A stretch of DNA of 64,000 nucleotides from an uncultured Rickettsiales bacterium (GTDB lineage Bacteria; Pseudomonadota; Alphaproteobacteria; Rickettsiales; CAZAGG01): assembly GCA_964484565.1 (NCBI GenBank), contig CAZAGG010000004.1, positions 73,246 to 137,245 on the forward strand, read 5' to 3'. Below the pieces are notes generated by a model. That model made no database searches, was not told where the DNA came from, and saw nothing but the letters and a program-made list of their open reading frames with translations. Position numbers and translations under genes: made by a program. Of the stretch, positions 1 through 8,022 are shown piece after piece (position 1 is the stretch's first letter; each line of letters opens with the position of its first letter).

Positions 1-57
1 GTGTTTTAGATGCCATATTTTTTACTATCTCTACTATTAACTATAATTGAACAAATG

Positions 58-1020
58 TTAAAATTTTATAATTGATGCGCCCCAAGTTAAACCCGAACCA
101 AGAGCTTGTAAAGCCAAAATATCACCTCTTTTGATTCTTCCATCATTTATTGCAGTTGCTAACGCTAGCGGAATTGACGCCGCTGAAGTATTTGCATGCT
201 TTTCAACTGTAGAAACTACCTTATCAACGGAGATTTCTATTCTAGATGCAATGCTCATTAATATTCGAGAATTTGCCTGATGCGGAATTAGCCAATCTAT
301 TTGACTCACATCCATATCAAGTTTTTTTAGAAGGCCTAGCAAGCTATCACTCATTTTAGTAACCGCGTTTTTAAACACTTCTTGGCCTTGCATTTCCATC
401 AAACCAGCAGTTCTAGTTGTTGAGACACCCCCTGAAGTTTTGATAAGTCCAGATAAATCTCCGTCACAGAACATATTTGCCCCCAATACACCCTGCCCTG
501 ATTCTTCACCTGCCTGAAGCACCACCGCCCCTGCACCATCTCCAAAAAGTATGCAGGTTCCTCTATCTTCCCAGTTGATTAATCGGCTAAGGGTTTCTGC
601 ACCAATAACGATAGCGTTTTTGGCTATGCCTGCTTTGATATATGAATCAGCAGTTGTAAGAGCATATAAAAAACCCGAGCATGCTGCGTTCATATCAAAT
701 GCAATTGCTCTTCCCAGTGATAAATTTTGATGAACAATCGCCGCAACAGATGGCATTGTAAGATCAGAAGTAGCAGTAGCAACAATAATTAAGTCAATGT
801 TTTTACTATCAATTCCTGAAATTCTTAGTGCTTCCTCGGCAGCCTTAGTTGCAAGATCTGAAGTATATTCACCATCTGATGCGAAATGCCTTTGCTTAAT
901 TCCTGTGCGCTCTGTGATCCACTCATCAGATGTATCAACAATCTTGGCAACATCATCATTAGTAACAATTTTTTCTGGCAGATAGGCTCCCCAACCTACA
1001 ATCACAGAGCTTAAATTCAT
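58..1020 (-). CDS. fabH: 3-oxoacyl-[ACP] synthase III (KAS III)
   Basis: 320-aa ORF. It has the N-terminal GWGAYLPEKIVTNDDV..DEWITERTGIKQRHFA, the active-site Cys context NAACSGFLYAL, the His context PHQANSRI, the Asn context HANTSAASI and C-terminal GSGLTWGA. It sits in the conserved rpmF-plsX-fabH order. Confidence 0.95.
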   Translation of the reverse strand: MNLSSVIVGWGAYLPEKIVTNDDVAKIVDTSDEWITERTGIKQRHFASDGEYTSDLATKAAEEALRISGIDSKNIDLIIVATATSDLTMPSVAAIVHQNLSLGRAIAFDMNAACSGFLYALTTADSYIKAGIAKNAIVIGAETLSRLINWEDRGTCILFGDGAGAVVLQAGEESGQGVLGANMFCDGDLSGLIKTSGGVSTTRTAGLMEMQGQEVFKNAVTKMSDSLLGLLKKLDMDVSQIDWLIPHQANSRILMSIASRIEISVDKVVSTVEKHANTSAASIPLALATAINDGRIKRGDILALQALGSGLTWGASIIKF

Positions 1021-1045
1021 CTAAAAACCTATCTCGATAATATTT

Positions 1046-2113
1046 TCATAAGCCAGTATTGGCTAGGGATTCTGAAACACCCGAACTAAGCTCAATCGCC
1101 GTACTCGATATTCTTATCTCATCCTTAATGCGATTATTCAAGTCATAGCTGACAATATTTCTGGCGTTGATAATTGCTTTTTCTATGCCCTCGGCATCTG
1201 TATTTCCATGACACTTGATAACTATCCCGTTAAGCCCAAGTAGCATTGCGCCGCCTGCATGATTTGGATTAACTCTGTCCTTTATACTTCTTAAACCCTT
1301 ATGAACCATCAAATAACCAAATGAAGCAAGCGGAGAAGCCGTAAAAGCCTCTTTCAGCCATTTGTTGATAGTTTTTGCAAGTCCCTCCGCTGTTTTAAGA
1401 GCGATATTACCTGTAAAGCCATCAGTTACAACAACATCAACAGTTCCCGCCGTAATATCATTGCCTTCAACAAATCCACAAAAATTGAGGGGCAAGCCGC
1501 AGTTTCTCAGCATGTTAGCTGCATTCTTAACTGAGTCATTTCCCTTAACATCTTCAGAGCCAATATTTAAAAGACCAACCCTAGGTGATTCAATACCAAG
1601 AACCGCCTTAGCATAACCATCTCCCATCAGTGCAAACTGAAAAAGATTGTTAGAATCACATTCAACATTAGCCCCTATGTCAAGTACCACACAAAGCCCA
1701 GACTCACTAGGGAAAACCGAAGCTAAGGCAGGTCTATCAATGCCAGAAAGCGTTTTTAAAACAAATTTAGACATCGCCATTAACGCACCAGTATTTCCAG
1801 CAGATATAATTGCATCAGCCTTTCCATCAGCGACAGAATTAATAGCGAGCCTCATACTCGTATTAGCACCTTTTTTGAGTGCCATCGAAGGTTTTTCCTC
1901 TGGCAGAACTACACCATCAGTGTGATAAATTCGGCAATATTTTGAAAGATAACTACACGATTTTATCTTTTCAGAAATCAATGCCTCATTGCCAAAAACA
2001 GCAATTTCAACATCGCTGACTTTTTTTAGCGCGCGAGATGCCCCTTCCAAGACACACTCAGGAGCGTTGTCTCCGCCCATCGCATCCAGTGCTATCGTAA
2101 CCTTTTTGGTCAC
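1046..2113 (-). CDS. plsX: phosphate acyltransferase PlsX
   Basis: 355-aa ORF with IALDAMGGDNAP near the N-terminus and SAGNTGA. It lies between rpmF and fabH, as is typical. Confidence 0.95.
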   Translation of the reverse strand: MTKKVTIALDAMGGDNAPECVLEGASRALKKVSDVEIAVFGNEALISEKIKSCSYLSKYCRIYHTDGVVLPEEKPSMALKKGANTSMRLAINSVADGKADAIISAGNTGALMAMSKFVLKTLSGIDRPALASVFPSESGLCVVLDIGANVECDSNNLFQFALMGDGYAKAVLGIESPRVGLLNIGSEDVKGNDSVKNAANMLRNCGLPLNFCGFVEGNDITAGTVDVVVTDGFTGNIALKTAEGLAKTINKWLKEAFTASPLASFGYLMVHKGLRSIKDRVNPNHAGGAMLLGLNGIVIKCHGNTDAEGIEKAIINARNIVSYDLNNRIKDEIRISSTAIELSSGVSESLANTGL

Positions 2114-2130
2114 ATCAATATTAATGCAAA

Positions 2131-2313
2131 TCAGGGATTAACTTTATCTGTAGTAACCTGCCTACCTTTATAGTAGCCATCAGGTGACACGTGGTGAGGA
2201 CGTTTCAACTCTCCAGTTGTAGCATCTTCAACCAAGTTAACAGTTTTGAGCGCATCATGCGCACGGCGCATGTTACGGCGAGATTTTGAAGTTTTCTTCT
2301 TAGGAACAGCCAT
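2131..2313 (-). CDS. rpmF: 50S ribosomal protein L32
   Basis: 60-aa basic ORF starting [19 protein letters not shown], the L32 signature N-terminus. Confidence 0.95.
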   Translation of the reverse strand: MAVPKKKTSKSRRNMRRAHDALKTVNLVEDATTGELKRPHHVSPDGYYKGRQVTTDKVNP

Positions 2314-2342
2314 TTCTTAAATACCTTGAAATTTCTATATCA

Positions 2343-3389
2343 TTGACTTATGCAGTCAAAAATGTGATTGATATGCTAGTTTTAATCATTCGTCAACATC
2401 TGAATAACTTTATTTTTGTGACTTTTACTATAATCATTGTTAATTACAACGCTGGAAACTATTTAAAAGAGTGTCTTAACGCGCTTTGCAGTCAAACTTA
2501 TAAAAAATTCTCTGTGATTCTTGTTGATAATCACTCTGAAGATAATTCATGCCGCTATGCGCTTGAAGAATCATCTATTAATTACCCTCTGAGCTTGATT
2601 CGCCTTCAAAGCAACATAGGCTTCGCCGCTGCAAACAATCTAGCCGCAAAAGAGGCGCAAACTGAATATATTATCACTCTTAACCCTGACGCATTTCCAG
2701 CAGAAGACTGGCTAGAAAAGATTGCCGATGCTGTTAAAAAGCATCCGTCAGTTGATATGTTTGGCTCAACTCAGGTTTTTGCGGATAATCCATCAAAAGT
2801 TGATGGGTTTGGAGACTCATATAGCATTTATGGAATTGGTTGGCGCAGCTATCACAAAGCGGATTTGAATAAAATTCCTGATAGCGATCGATATGTAATA
2901 GCTCCATGTGCTGCTGGTGCAGTTTACAGGCGCGATAAATTTATCATTTGCGGCGGATTTGATGAAGATTTCTTCTGTTACGCAGAAGATTTAGACTTAG
3001 GAATCCGAATGCATTTGCTCGGCTCAAACTGCATTCAGGTAAGATCTGCAATAATTAAGCATGTGGGATCAGGAGTAACTGGAAGAAGATCGTCGTTCAC
3101 GGTTTATCACGGACTAAGAAACCAGTTTTGGATATTTTTTAAGAACACTCCATCAATTTTATTGCCAATATTAATACCATTTTTCTTAAGTGGACAACTT
3201 TCAATGTTAGTAAAATATAGCATTGGCGGATGCGGAAAAGATGCATTTAAAGCATATAAAGATGCACTATTGAACATAAAATTAATATTAAGAAAGAGAA
3301 AATCCATCCAAAAGCTAAGGAAAATCTCATTGATACGCTATATTGCACTGCAATATATTTCTCCGATAAGCGTTCTGCTGAGGAAGTAA
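2343..3389 (+). CDS. family 2 glycosyltransferase (rhamnosyltransferase-like), with a C-terminal hydrophobic region
   Basis: Carries GT2 motifs: IIIVNYNAGNYLKECLNALCSQTY, VILVDNHSEDNS, NIGFAAANNLAA, and GGFDEDFFCYAEDLDLGIRM. The start is uncertain: TTG at 2343, or ATG at 2373 (MLVLII..). Confidence 0.85.
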   Translation: MTYAVKNVIDMLVLIIRQHLNNFIFVTFTIIIVNYNAGNYLKECLNALCSQTYKKFSVILVDNHSEDNSCRYALEESSINYPLSLIRLQSNIGFAAANNLAAKEAQTEYIITLNPDAFPAEDWLEKIADAVKKHPSVDMFGSTQVFADNPSKVDGFGDSYSIYGIGWRSYHKADLNKIPDSDRYVIAPCAAGAVYRRDKFIICGGFDEDFFCYAEDLDLGIRMHLLGSNCIQVRSAIIKHVGSGVTGRRSSFTVYHGLRNQFWIFFKNTPSILLPILIPFFLSGQLSMLVKYSIGGCGKDAFKAYKDALLNIKLILRKRKSIQKLRKISLIRYIALQYISPISVLLRK

Positions 3390-3523
3390 GCCAAGCTGCA
3401 CATCTTTGTTGCACTGCAAAACAACTATTTGCAAACTGACATAAAAAGTTCACGATATAGTGATATATTAAAGTTTGAGCAAAATAACATTTGGTTCAAA
3501 CAATATTTAAAAAAGAATAATAA

Positions 3524-5026
3524 ATGAACGATAAACAACAGGTTTATGAGGCGGTTTTTAGATCTAATAGTAAGGTGATCAACAATGGTGGTGCGCTTAA
3601 TGAGAGCTTGCGATACCTTGCTGATAACGTAGAATCTTTCAAACCTGCACACGTTGCAAAAGTCAATATCTTTGCATTAATGTTTGGAAGTGTTGGGTGG
3701 GTTGTGCATGATATTCTTAAAGGTGATGTTGATCCGCATAATTATCCGCTATTACAACCGTTTAGCCCTATTCTCGATCAATTTAAAGGCAAGCTAAGTT
3801 ATAGTGCGGAAGATAAAAGTCTTGGCAACCGCGTCAGGCGTTCTTTGTGTATGCTCTCTGTGCCATTTTCAGTGATGTTTGGCTTCGCGGTCGGTGCAAA
3901 TGTTGTTTATGGAAAACAGATGGATACTTTCATCGACAATGTGAAAAAGGCTAATCCAGATGTTTTTGAAGAAATTGCAAATAGTGGCGATGAATCTCTA
4001 AAACGCATGACCAGCATGGCACAAATTGCAGAAAGCGAAGATATCGATGTTCTTTCCAGAGATACAGCGCAACGATATAGACATGCTCGCGCAAACGTTG
4101 GATTCGGTGCCCTTCCTCGACTTTTAAGCCTTAAAACATTTTTTGGCTTTATGCCATTAATGGCAACTTACATGACATCTTTCCTCAACTTTAATCAGAC
4201 AAGCGTTGACCTTCCTATAGATGCTGAAAAAGCAGATAACGGCAAAGGTCTTGGAAAATTGCTCTCAAACTTCTTTAATATCGGCACAAATGGCGGAACA
4301 CCTGCAACGCTTCTTTTGAAAGCATGCCAACACACCTTAGATAACGGCCTTCTTGAGATTAATGAAGCAGAATTGCAATCGCTAACTGATAAGTTTGGAA
4401 GAGAACCAAGCGAAGAAGTAAAAAGGGAATATATTTCATACAAAGTTACCAATGACCCATATCTTCATAAATATTGCTATGCGATGATTAGTCAGCTGTT
4501 CCACTTCGATTCAGTTGATCAAAAGCAAGAGTTTATCAAGTCATTTGAAGATAAAGTTAAAGATTTCCTCACGTCTGATTCTCTTGCTGAAATGGTAGCA
4601 AAAGAACTAGCTAAAAATGATAGAAAGGCACTAACCAAAAACATTGTTGACGCCGTATTCAAAGATAAAGATGGATTCAGCCTTACCCACACAATCTTAA
4701 AAGAAATGGGGGTAGACTTCACAACACCTAATGATGGCGAAAAGCATAGTGTTTCAGTTAATGGCAAAGACGTAAAATATAGGCTAACCATAGGTGGCAA
4801 TGATGTTATGGCAAATATGTCGAAGTTTATGGTTAGGGCGGCTGATTCGGTTCTTCCCGTATCTCAGGCTTTCAAATTTGCCGATGGAATTACAAAAGCT
4901 ATTGCCAAGCCAATTGATGGCGTAATGCGCTGGGTTGATAATCTTATTGTTACTAATACGGGCATGAGAAATGGATTGTTCTTCACGCCTGATAACGCTG
5001 CCAAACCCCCCATTATGCGCGGCTGA
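3524..5026 (+). CDS. hypothetical protein, 500 aa, with three hydrophobic segments in the N-terminal half
   Basis: Long uninterrupted ORF. Hydrophobic stretches are VNIFALMFGSVGWVV, LCMLSVPFSVMFGFAVGANVV and FFGFMPLMATYMTSFL, followed by a charged, helix-rich C-terminal half. I recognise no family motif. Confidence 0.6.
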   Translation: MNDKQQVYEAVFRSNSKVINNGGALNESLRYLADNVESFKPAHVAKVNIFALMFGSVGWVVHDILKGDVDPHNYPLLQPFSPILDQFKGKLSYSAEDKSLGNRVRRSLCMLSVPFSVMFGFAVGANVVYGKQMDTFIDNVKKANPDVFEEIANSGDESLKRMTSMAQIAESEDIDVLSRDTAQRYRHARANVGFGALPRLLSLKTFFGFMPLMATYMTSFLNFNQTSVDLPIDAEKADNGKGLGKLLSNFFNIGTNGGTPATLLLKACQHTLDNGLLEINEAELQSLTDKFGREPSEEVKREYISYKVTNDPYLHKYCYAMISQLFHFDSVDQKQEFIKSFEDKVKDFLTSDSLAEMVAKELAKNDRKALTKNIVDAVFKDKDGFSLTHTILKEMGVDFTTPNDGEKHSVSVNGKDVKYRLTIGGNDVMANMSKFMVRAADSVLPVSQAFKFADGITKAIAKPIDGVMRWVDNLIVTNTGMRNGLFFTPDNAAKPPIMRG

Positions 5027-5115
5027 TTTTATAAACTTTCACAAATATTTCATTTGTAAATATTTATAAATAATTATATATTGAATATCTAATAAGATTA
5101 AGTGGTGATTTTAAA

Positions 5116-6354
5116 ATGCCTTATACTATTAATTTTCTAAAGGAACTTTTAAATGATCTGATAAATATTCATCAGAATTCTGACAAGTCTCATTTGCTCC
5201 CAATCGAAGGCATAGAAATAACAAAAAAAGATGATGGAACTTTCGATGTTAAGTTCGCCAAAACACCATTTGTGAATTGGACTAGTGGATTAAATGATTT
5301 AACCATTAATTGCACTCTCGATGAAAATCAAAAAGTATCTGATATAAGATATGATGCTAATGTATTAAACGAAAATGGGTCTGAACGCGGGACTTCGAGC
5401 GTTAATCAATTAAGTTCTCAATGTTTCAATGTAATTCAGGATTATATTAATGGGCGAGGAGAATATCTTAGTGACTGCAAATACCTTGATAGACCCAGAA
5501 ATGGTGAGATCATTAGAATAAGTGGTGTGTTATACGCCACCAAAACTAAAGGCAGAAAACTGATTTCAATTAAGAATATTGAAAGTCAGAAGGAATATGA
5601 AACCGAAGAACTTCCAGTAACAGTTTTAAGTGATATTTATCGTCATTTCGAAGCAAAGGCGGAGTCTCTTGGTGAACTGACAATAGAGCTTAAAGAGCAG
5701 CTTGAGAGTAATCTGATACAACGTAAGAAACTTAAAGATCAACAAGATATTCCAGTAGACCTATTAAAAGACCATGTTGATGTAAATCAAACTTATCTTA
5801 TTGAAACGGATATTGGCACATTAGTTATTAATTATCATAATCAGCTTCTTGGCTTTGTTAAGCATGAAGATGAGGGATATAAGTTTACTCCAACATCAGA
5901 GATATATGATTATTATTCCATCAAAAAATTGACATCATCTATTAAAAATGAACAAGCTAAACTCTCTTATTCTTTAAAAGAGCAAAATAACGAAGAAGAT
6001 GAAGCTAAAAGATCTTATGATGAAGTAGTAGAGGAACCTAAACAAGATAACTTCACAAATCAAAAAAAGAATTTTGATGACGCACTTACTGGAAGGCTCT
6101 GGCTAGGAGCTGGAAGCGCAGTTGTAGGTGTATTAGGAACAATTACCAAAAGTCCTTTAGTGGCAATAGCTGGTATGGTGACATCTTTGGTTACTTTAGC
6201 TTTTGGGCTGGCTGATTATGGTAAAGTAGTTGATATCAAACATGATAACAATAATGAAAAAGCTGGGCAGAAGGGATTTTTTGATAATTTATTGCGAGGC
6301 GTTAATGCAGTTTTAGGTTTGGCAAATAAATCAAGTAAAGAACCTGCGGCATAA
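5116..6354 (+). CDS. hypothetical protein, 412 aa, with a C-terminal bilobed hydrophobic hairpin
   Basis: Long ORF in a very AT-rich stretch. It has a coiled-coil-like K/E/Q-rich middle. The C-terminal segment LWLGAGSAVVGVLGTITKSPLVAIAGMVTSLVTLAFGLADYG (nt 6097-6222) forms two Gly/Ala-rich TM-like lobes separated by TKSP. No recognisable family. Confidence 0.6.
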   Translation: MPYTINFLKELLNDLINIHQNSDKSHLLPIEGIEITKKDDGTFDVKFAKTPFVNWTSGLNDLTINCTLDENQKVSDIRYDANVLNENGSERGTSSVNQLSSQCFNVIQDYINGRGEYLSDCKYLDRPRNGEIIRISGVLYATKTKGRKLISIKNIESQKEYETEELPVTVLSDIYRHFEAKAESLGELTIELKEQLESNLIQRKKLKDQQDIPVDLLKDHVDVNQTYLIETDIGTLVINYHNQLLGFVKHEDEGYKFTPTSEIYDYYSIKKLTSSIKNEQAKLSYSLKEQNNEEDEAKRSYDEVVEEPKQDNFTNQKKNFDDALTGRLWLGAGSAVVGVLGTITKSPLVAIAGMVTSLVTLAFGLADYGKVVDIKHDNNNEKAGQKGFFDNLLRGVNAVLGLANKSSKEPAA

Positions 6355-6448
6355 CTCTATATAATACGCTTTTACTGTTCATTCGAAAACAGAGTTCTTG
6401 GAATTACTCTCAACCAACATCATCCAATCTATATGCAATATGGTCAAT

Positions 6449-6570
6449 TATAGTATTTATATTTTTATCTAATAGCGTCGTATTTCATTGGTCTCACCGT
6501 GCCGTATTATAAATACGCTCCGCACTTCGCCTCGAAATACTTGCTCTCAAATAAAGCTAGAAGCACTATA
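6449..6570. repeat. MITE-like palindromic repeat, family A, copy 1
   Basis: About 122 bp, alignable end to end with 34656-34782, with scattered substitutions and two 2-nt indels. The ends are imperfect inverted repeats: tatagtatttatatttttat at the left and ataaagctagaagcactata at the right. It is intergenic, downstream of the 412-aa ORF and of nrdB. Confidence 0.85.
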
Positions 6571-6585
6571 CTAACAACTTCCCAA

Positions 6586-7545
6586 CTAAGCAAAAGCCTC
6601 GTCCCAAGTGCCTTGCGTTGCGGCTTTGGTGTATTCGGTTACACGGTTTTCAAAGAAGTTGGTGTGTTCAACTCCGTTTAACATCTGGTCAAGCCATGGA
6701 AGCGGATTTTTCTCAATACGATACATCGGCTGAAGCCCAAGCTGCATGAGTCTGCGATCTGCTATATAGCGAATGTATTGCTTAATTTCATCGGATGTCA
6801 TGCCTTCAATGCCCCCTACCCCAAAAGCTAGATCGATAAATGCATCTTCATGATCAACAATTGTAGAGCACGCAACATGCAAATCGCGGCGTAAGTCTTC
6901 ATCGTTAATTTCTGGGTTCTCGTCAACAAAGGTTCTAAAAAGGCGGATGATGGAATTAGTATGCAGGCTCTCATCTCGCACCGACCATGTAACAATCTGC
7001 CCCATGCCTTTCATCTTCCCAAAACGTGGGAAGTTAAGCAAAATCGCAAACGATGCAAAGAGTTGCAATCCTTCAGTAAATGCACCAAATACGGCAAGAG
7101 TTTTTGCTATATCACGTTTGGTATCAACCCCAAACTGTTGCATATAGTCATATTTATCTTTCATTTCCTTATATTTAAGGAAGGCAGAATATTCCGTTTC
7201 AGGCATACCAATAGTGTCAAGAAGGTGACTATAAGCCGCAATATGGATGGTTTCCATATTAGAAAATGCCGCTAACATCATCTGCACTTCGGTTGGTTGG
7301 AAAATACGGCTGTAATGTTTCATATAGCAGTTATTAACCTCAATATCACTTTGGGTAAAGAAGCGGAATATTTGAGTTAGCAAATGCTTCTCTTCGGGAG
7401 TGATGCTCTTCTTCCAGTCACGCACATCATCAGCAAGCGGAACTTCTTCAGGCAGCCAATGAATTTGTTGCTGAGTTAACCATGCCTCATATGCCCATGG
7501 ATAGCGGAATGGCTTATACACTGCTCTTGGTTCTAATAGACTCAT
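6586..7545 (-). CDS. nrdB: ribonucleotide-diphosphate reductase beta subunit (class Ia R2)
   Basis: 319-aa ORF. It has KPFRYPWAYEAWLTQQQIHWLPEEV, the metal-ligand contexts METIHIAAYSHL (with Tyr four residues after His, at the radical position), FTEGLQLFASF and RDESLH. A GGAG-like SD precedes the ATG. Confidence 0.93.
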   Translation of the reverse strand: MSLLEPRAVYKPFRYPWAYEAWLTQQQIHWLPEEVPLADDVRDWKKSITPEEKHLLTQIFRFFTQSDIEVNNCYMKHYSRIFQPTEVQMMLAAFSNMETIHIAAYSHLLDTIGMPETEYSAFLKYKEMKDKYDYMQQFGVDTKRDIAKTLAVFGAFTEGLQLFASFAILLNFPRFGKMKGMGQIVTWSVRDESLHTNSIIRLFRTFVDENPEINDEDLRRDLHVACSTIVDHEDAFIDLAFGVGGIEGMTSDEIKQYIRYIADRRLMQLGLQPMYRIEKNPLPWLDQMLNGVEHTNFFENRVTEYTKAATQGTWDEAFA

Positions 7546-7566
7546 TTTTTACTCCATTGTTTGTTA

Positions 7567-7602
7567 GTCAGAGACCAGTAGCCAGAGGCCAGAGGCCAGT
7601 AG
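7567..7602. repeat. left inverted-repeat arm flanking the four-helix-bundle gene (heptamer NNNCCAG units)
   Basis: GTCAGAGACCAGTAGCCAGAGGCCAGAGGCCAGTAG. It matches the reverse complement of 7980-8012 (GTCAGAGACCAGAGACCAGTAGCCAGAGGCCAG) in blocks of 12 and 14 nt, with one 7-nt unit slipped in each arm. Confidence 0.9.
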
Positions 7603-7620
7603 TTAGTAGGTTAATAAGTT

Positions 7621-8022
7621 TTATAACTTACTTTTTAAAGAGTTTATCATTTTTCCAATCTCAGATAATTCATTAAGAATGGAATCAGTTTTTATTTTAT
7701 CAGACAATCCCAGCTCTACAGAGAGCATTAATTGAGTTTCTAACTCTGATAATGATCCTAAAGCTATAGTCAGAAATTGTTTGAATTCTTTACTTCCCCT
7801 CTCATGCCCTTCTGCGATATTTGAAGGAATTGAAACAGCACAGCGTTTAATCTGAGAAGTTAGCCCATAAAGCTCTTCTTTGGGAAAACTCGCCGCCAGT
7901 ATATAGATGTCAGCAACAGCTTTAAAAGATCTTTGCCATATTAACAACTCTTTATAGCTTCTTACAAAGTTTCTATTTTCTGGCCTCTGGCTACTGGTCT
8001 CTGGTCTCTGACTTACTGACAT
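7621..8022 (-). CDS. four-helix-bundle protein (23S rRNA intervening-sequence protein family; TIGR02436/PF05635-like)
   Basis: YKELLIWQRSFKAVADIY..FPKEELYGLTSQIKRCAVSIPSNIAEGHERGSKEFKQFLTIALGSLSELETQL matches the family hallmark pattern (W-Q, FPK.E.Y.L.SQ.RRAA.SI..NIAEG, KEF..FL.IA.GS..EL.T). Both candidate ATGs (8022 and 8031) lie inside the last codons of nrdA. The N-terminal SQRPETSSQRPE is encoded by the right repeat arm. Confidence 0.85.
   Translation of the reverse strand: MSVSQRPETSSQRPENRNFVRSYKELLIWQRSFKAVADIYILAASFPKEELYGLTSQIKRCAVSIPSNIAEGHERGSKEFKQFLTIALGSLSELETQLMLSVELGLSDKIKTDSILNELSEIGKMINSLKSKL
7980..8012. repeat. right inverted-repeat arm flanking the four-helix-bundle gene
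   Basis: CTGGCCTCTGGCTACTGGTCTCTGGTCTCTGAC. It ends 1 nt before the nrdA stop codon (8013-8015) and is translated as the N-terminus of the bundle protein. Confidence 0.9.

Larger units (their letters stand above)
7567..8012 (-). mobile_element. IVS-like cassette (inverted repeats plus four-helix-bundle ORF) occupying the nrdA-nrdB spacer
   Basis: The architecture is the same as the intervening sequences known from 23S rRNA genes, namely a stem-forming inverted repeat around a small ORF of this family. Here it sits between two co-transcribed protein genes. Mobility is inferred, not shown. Confidence 0.45.

Noticed and set aside
6499-6681. 60-aa plus-strand ORF (MPYYKYAPHFASKYLLSNKARS..). A similar 67-aa ORF at 34651-34854 shares the peptide FASKYLLSNK.
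   Set aside because: The shared peptide comes from reading through the two copies of the family A palindromic repeat. The first ORF also runs antisense into nrdB. Neither has an SD or supporting context. The conservation is at the DNA-repeat level, not the protein level.
7482-7676. 64-aa plus-strand ORF spanning the nrdB start and the left inverted-repeat arm.
   Set aside because: It is antisense to nrdB and to the four-helix-bundle gene, and its sequence (..VARGQRPVVS..) is simply the heptamer repeat translated. It is spurious.
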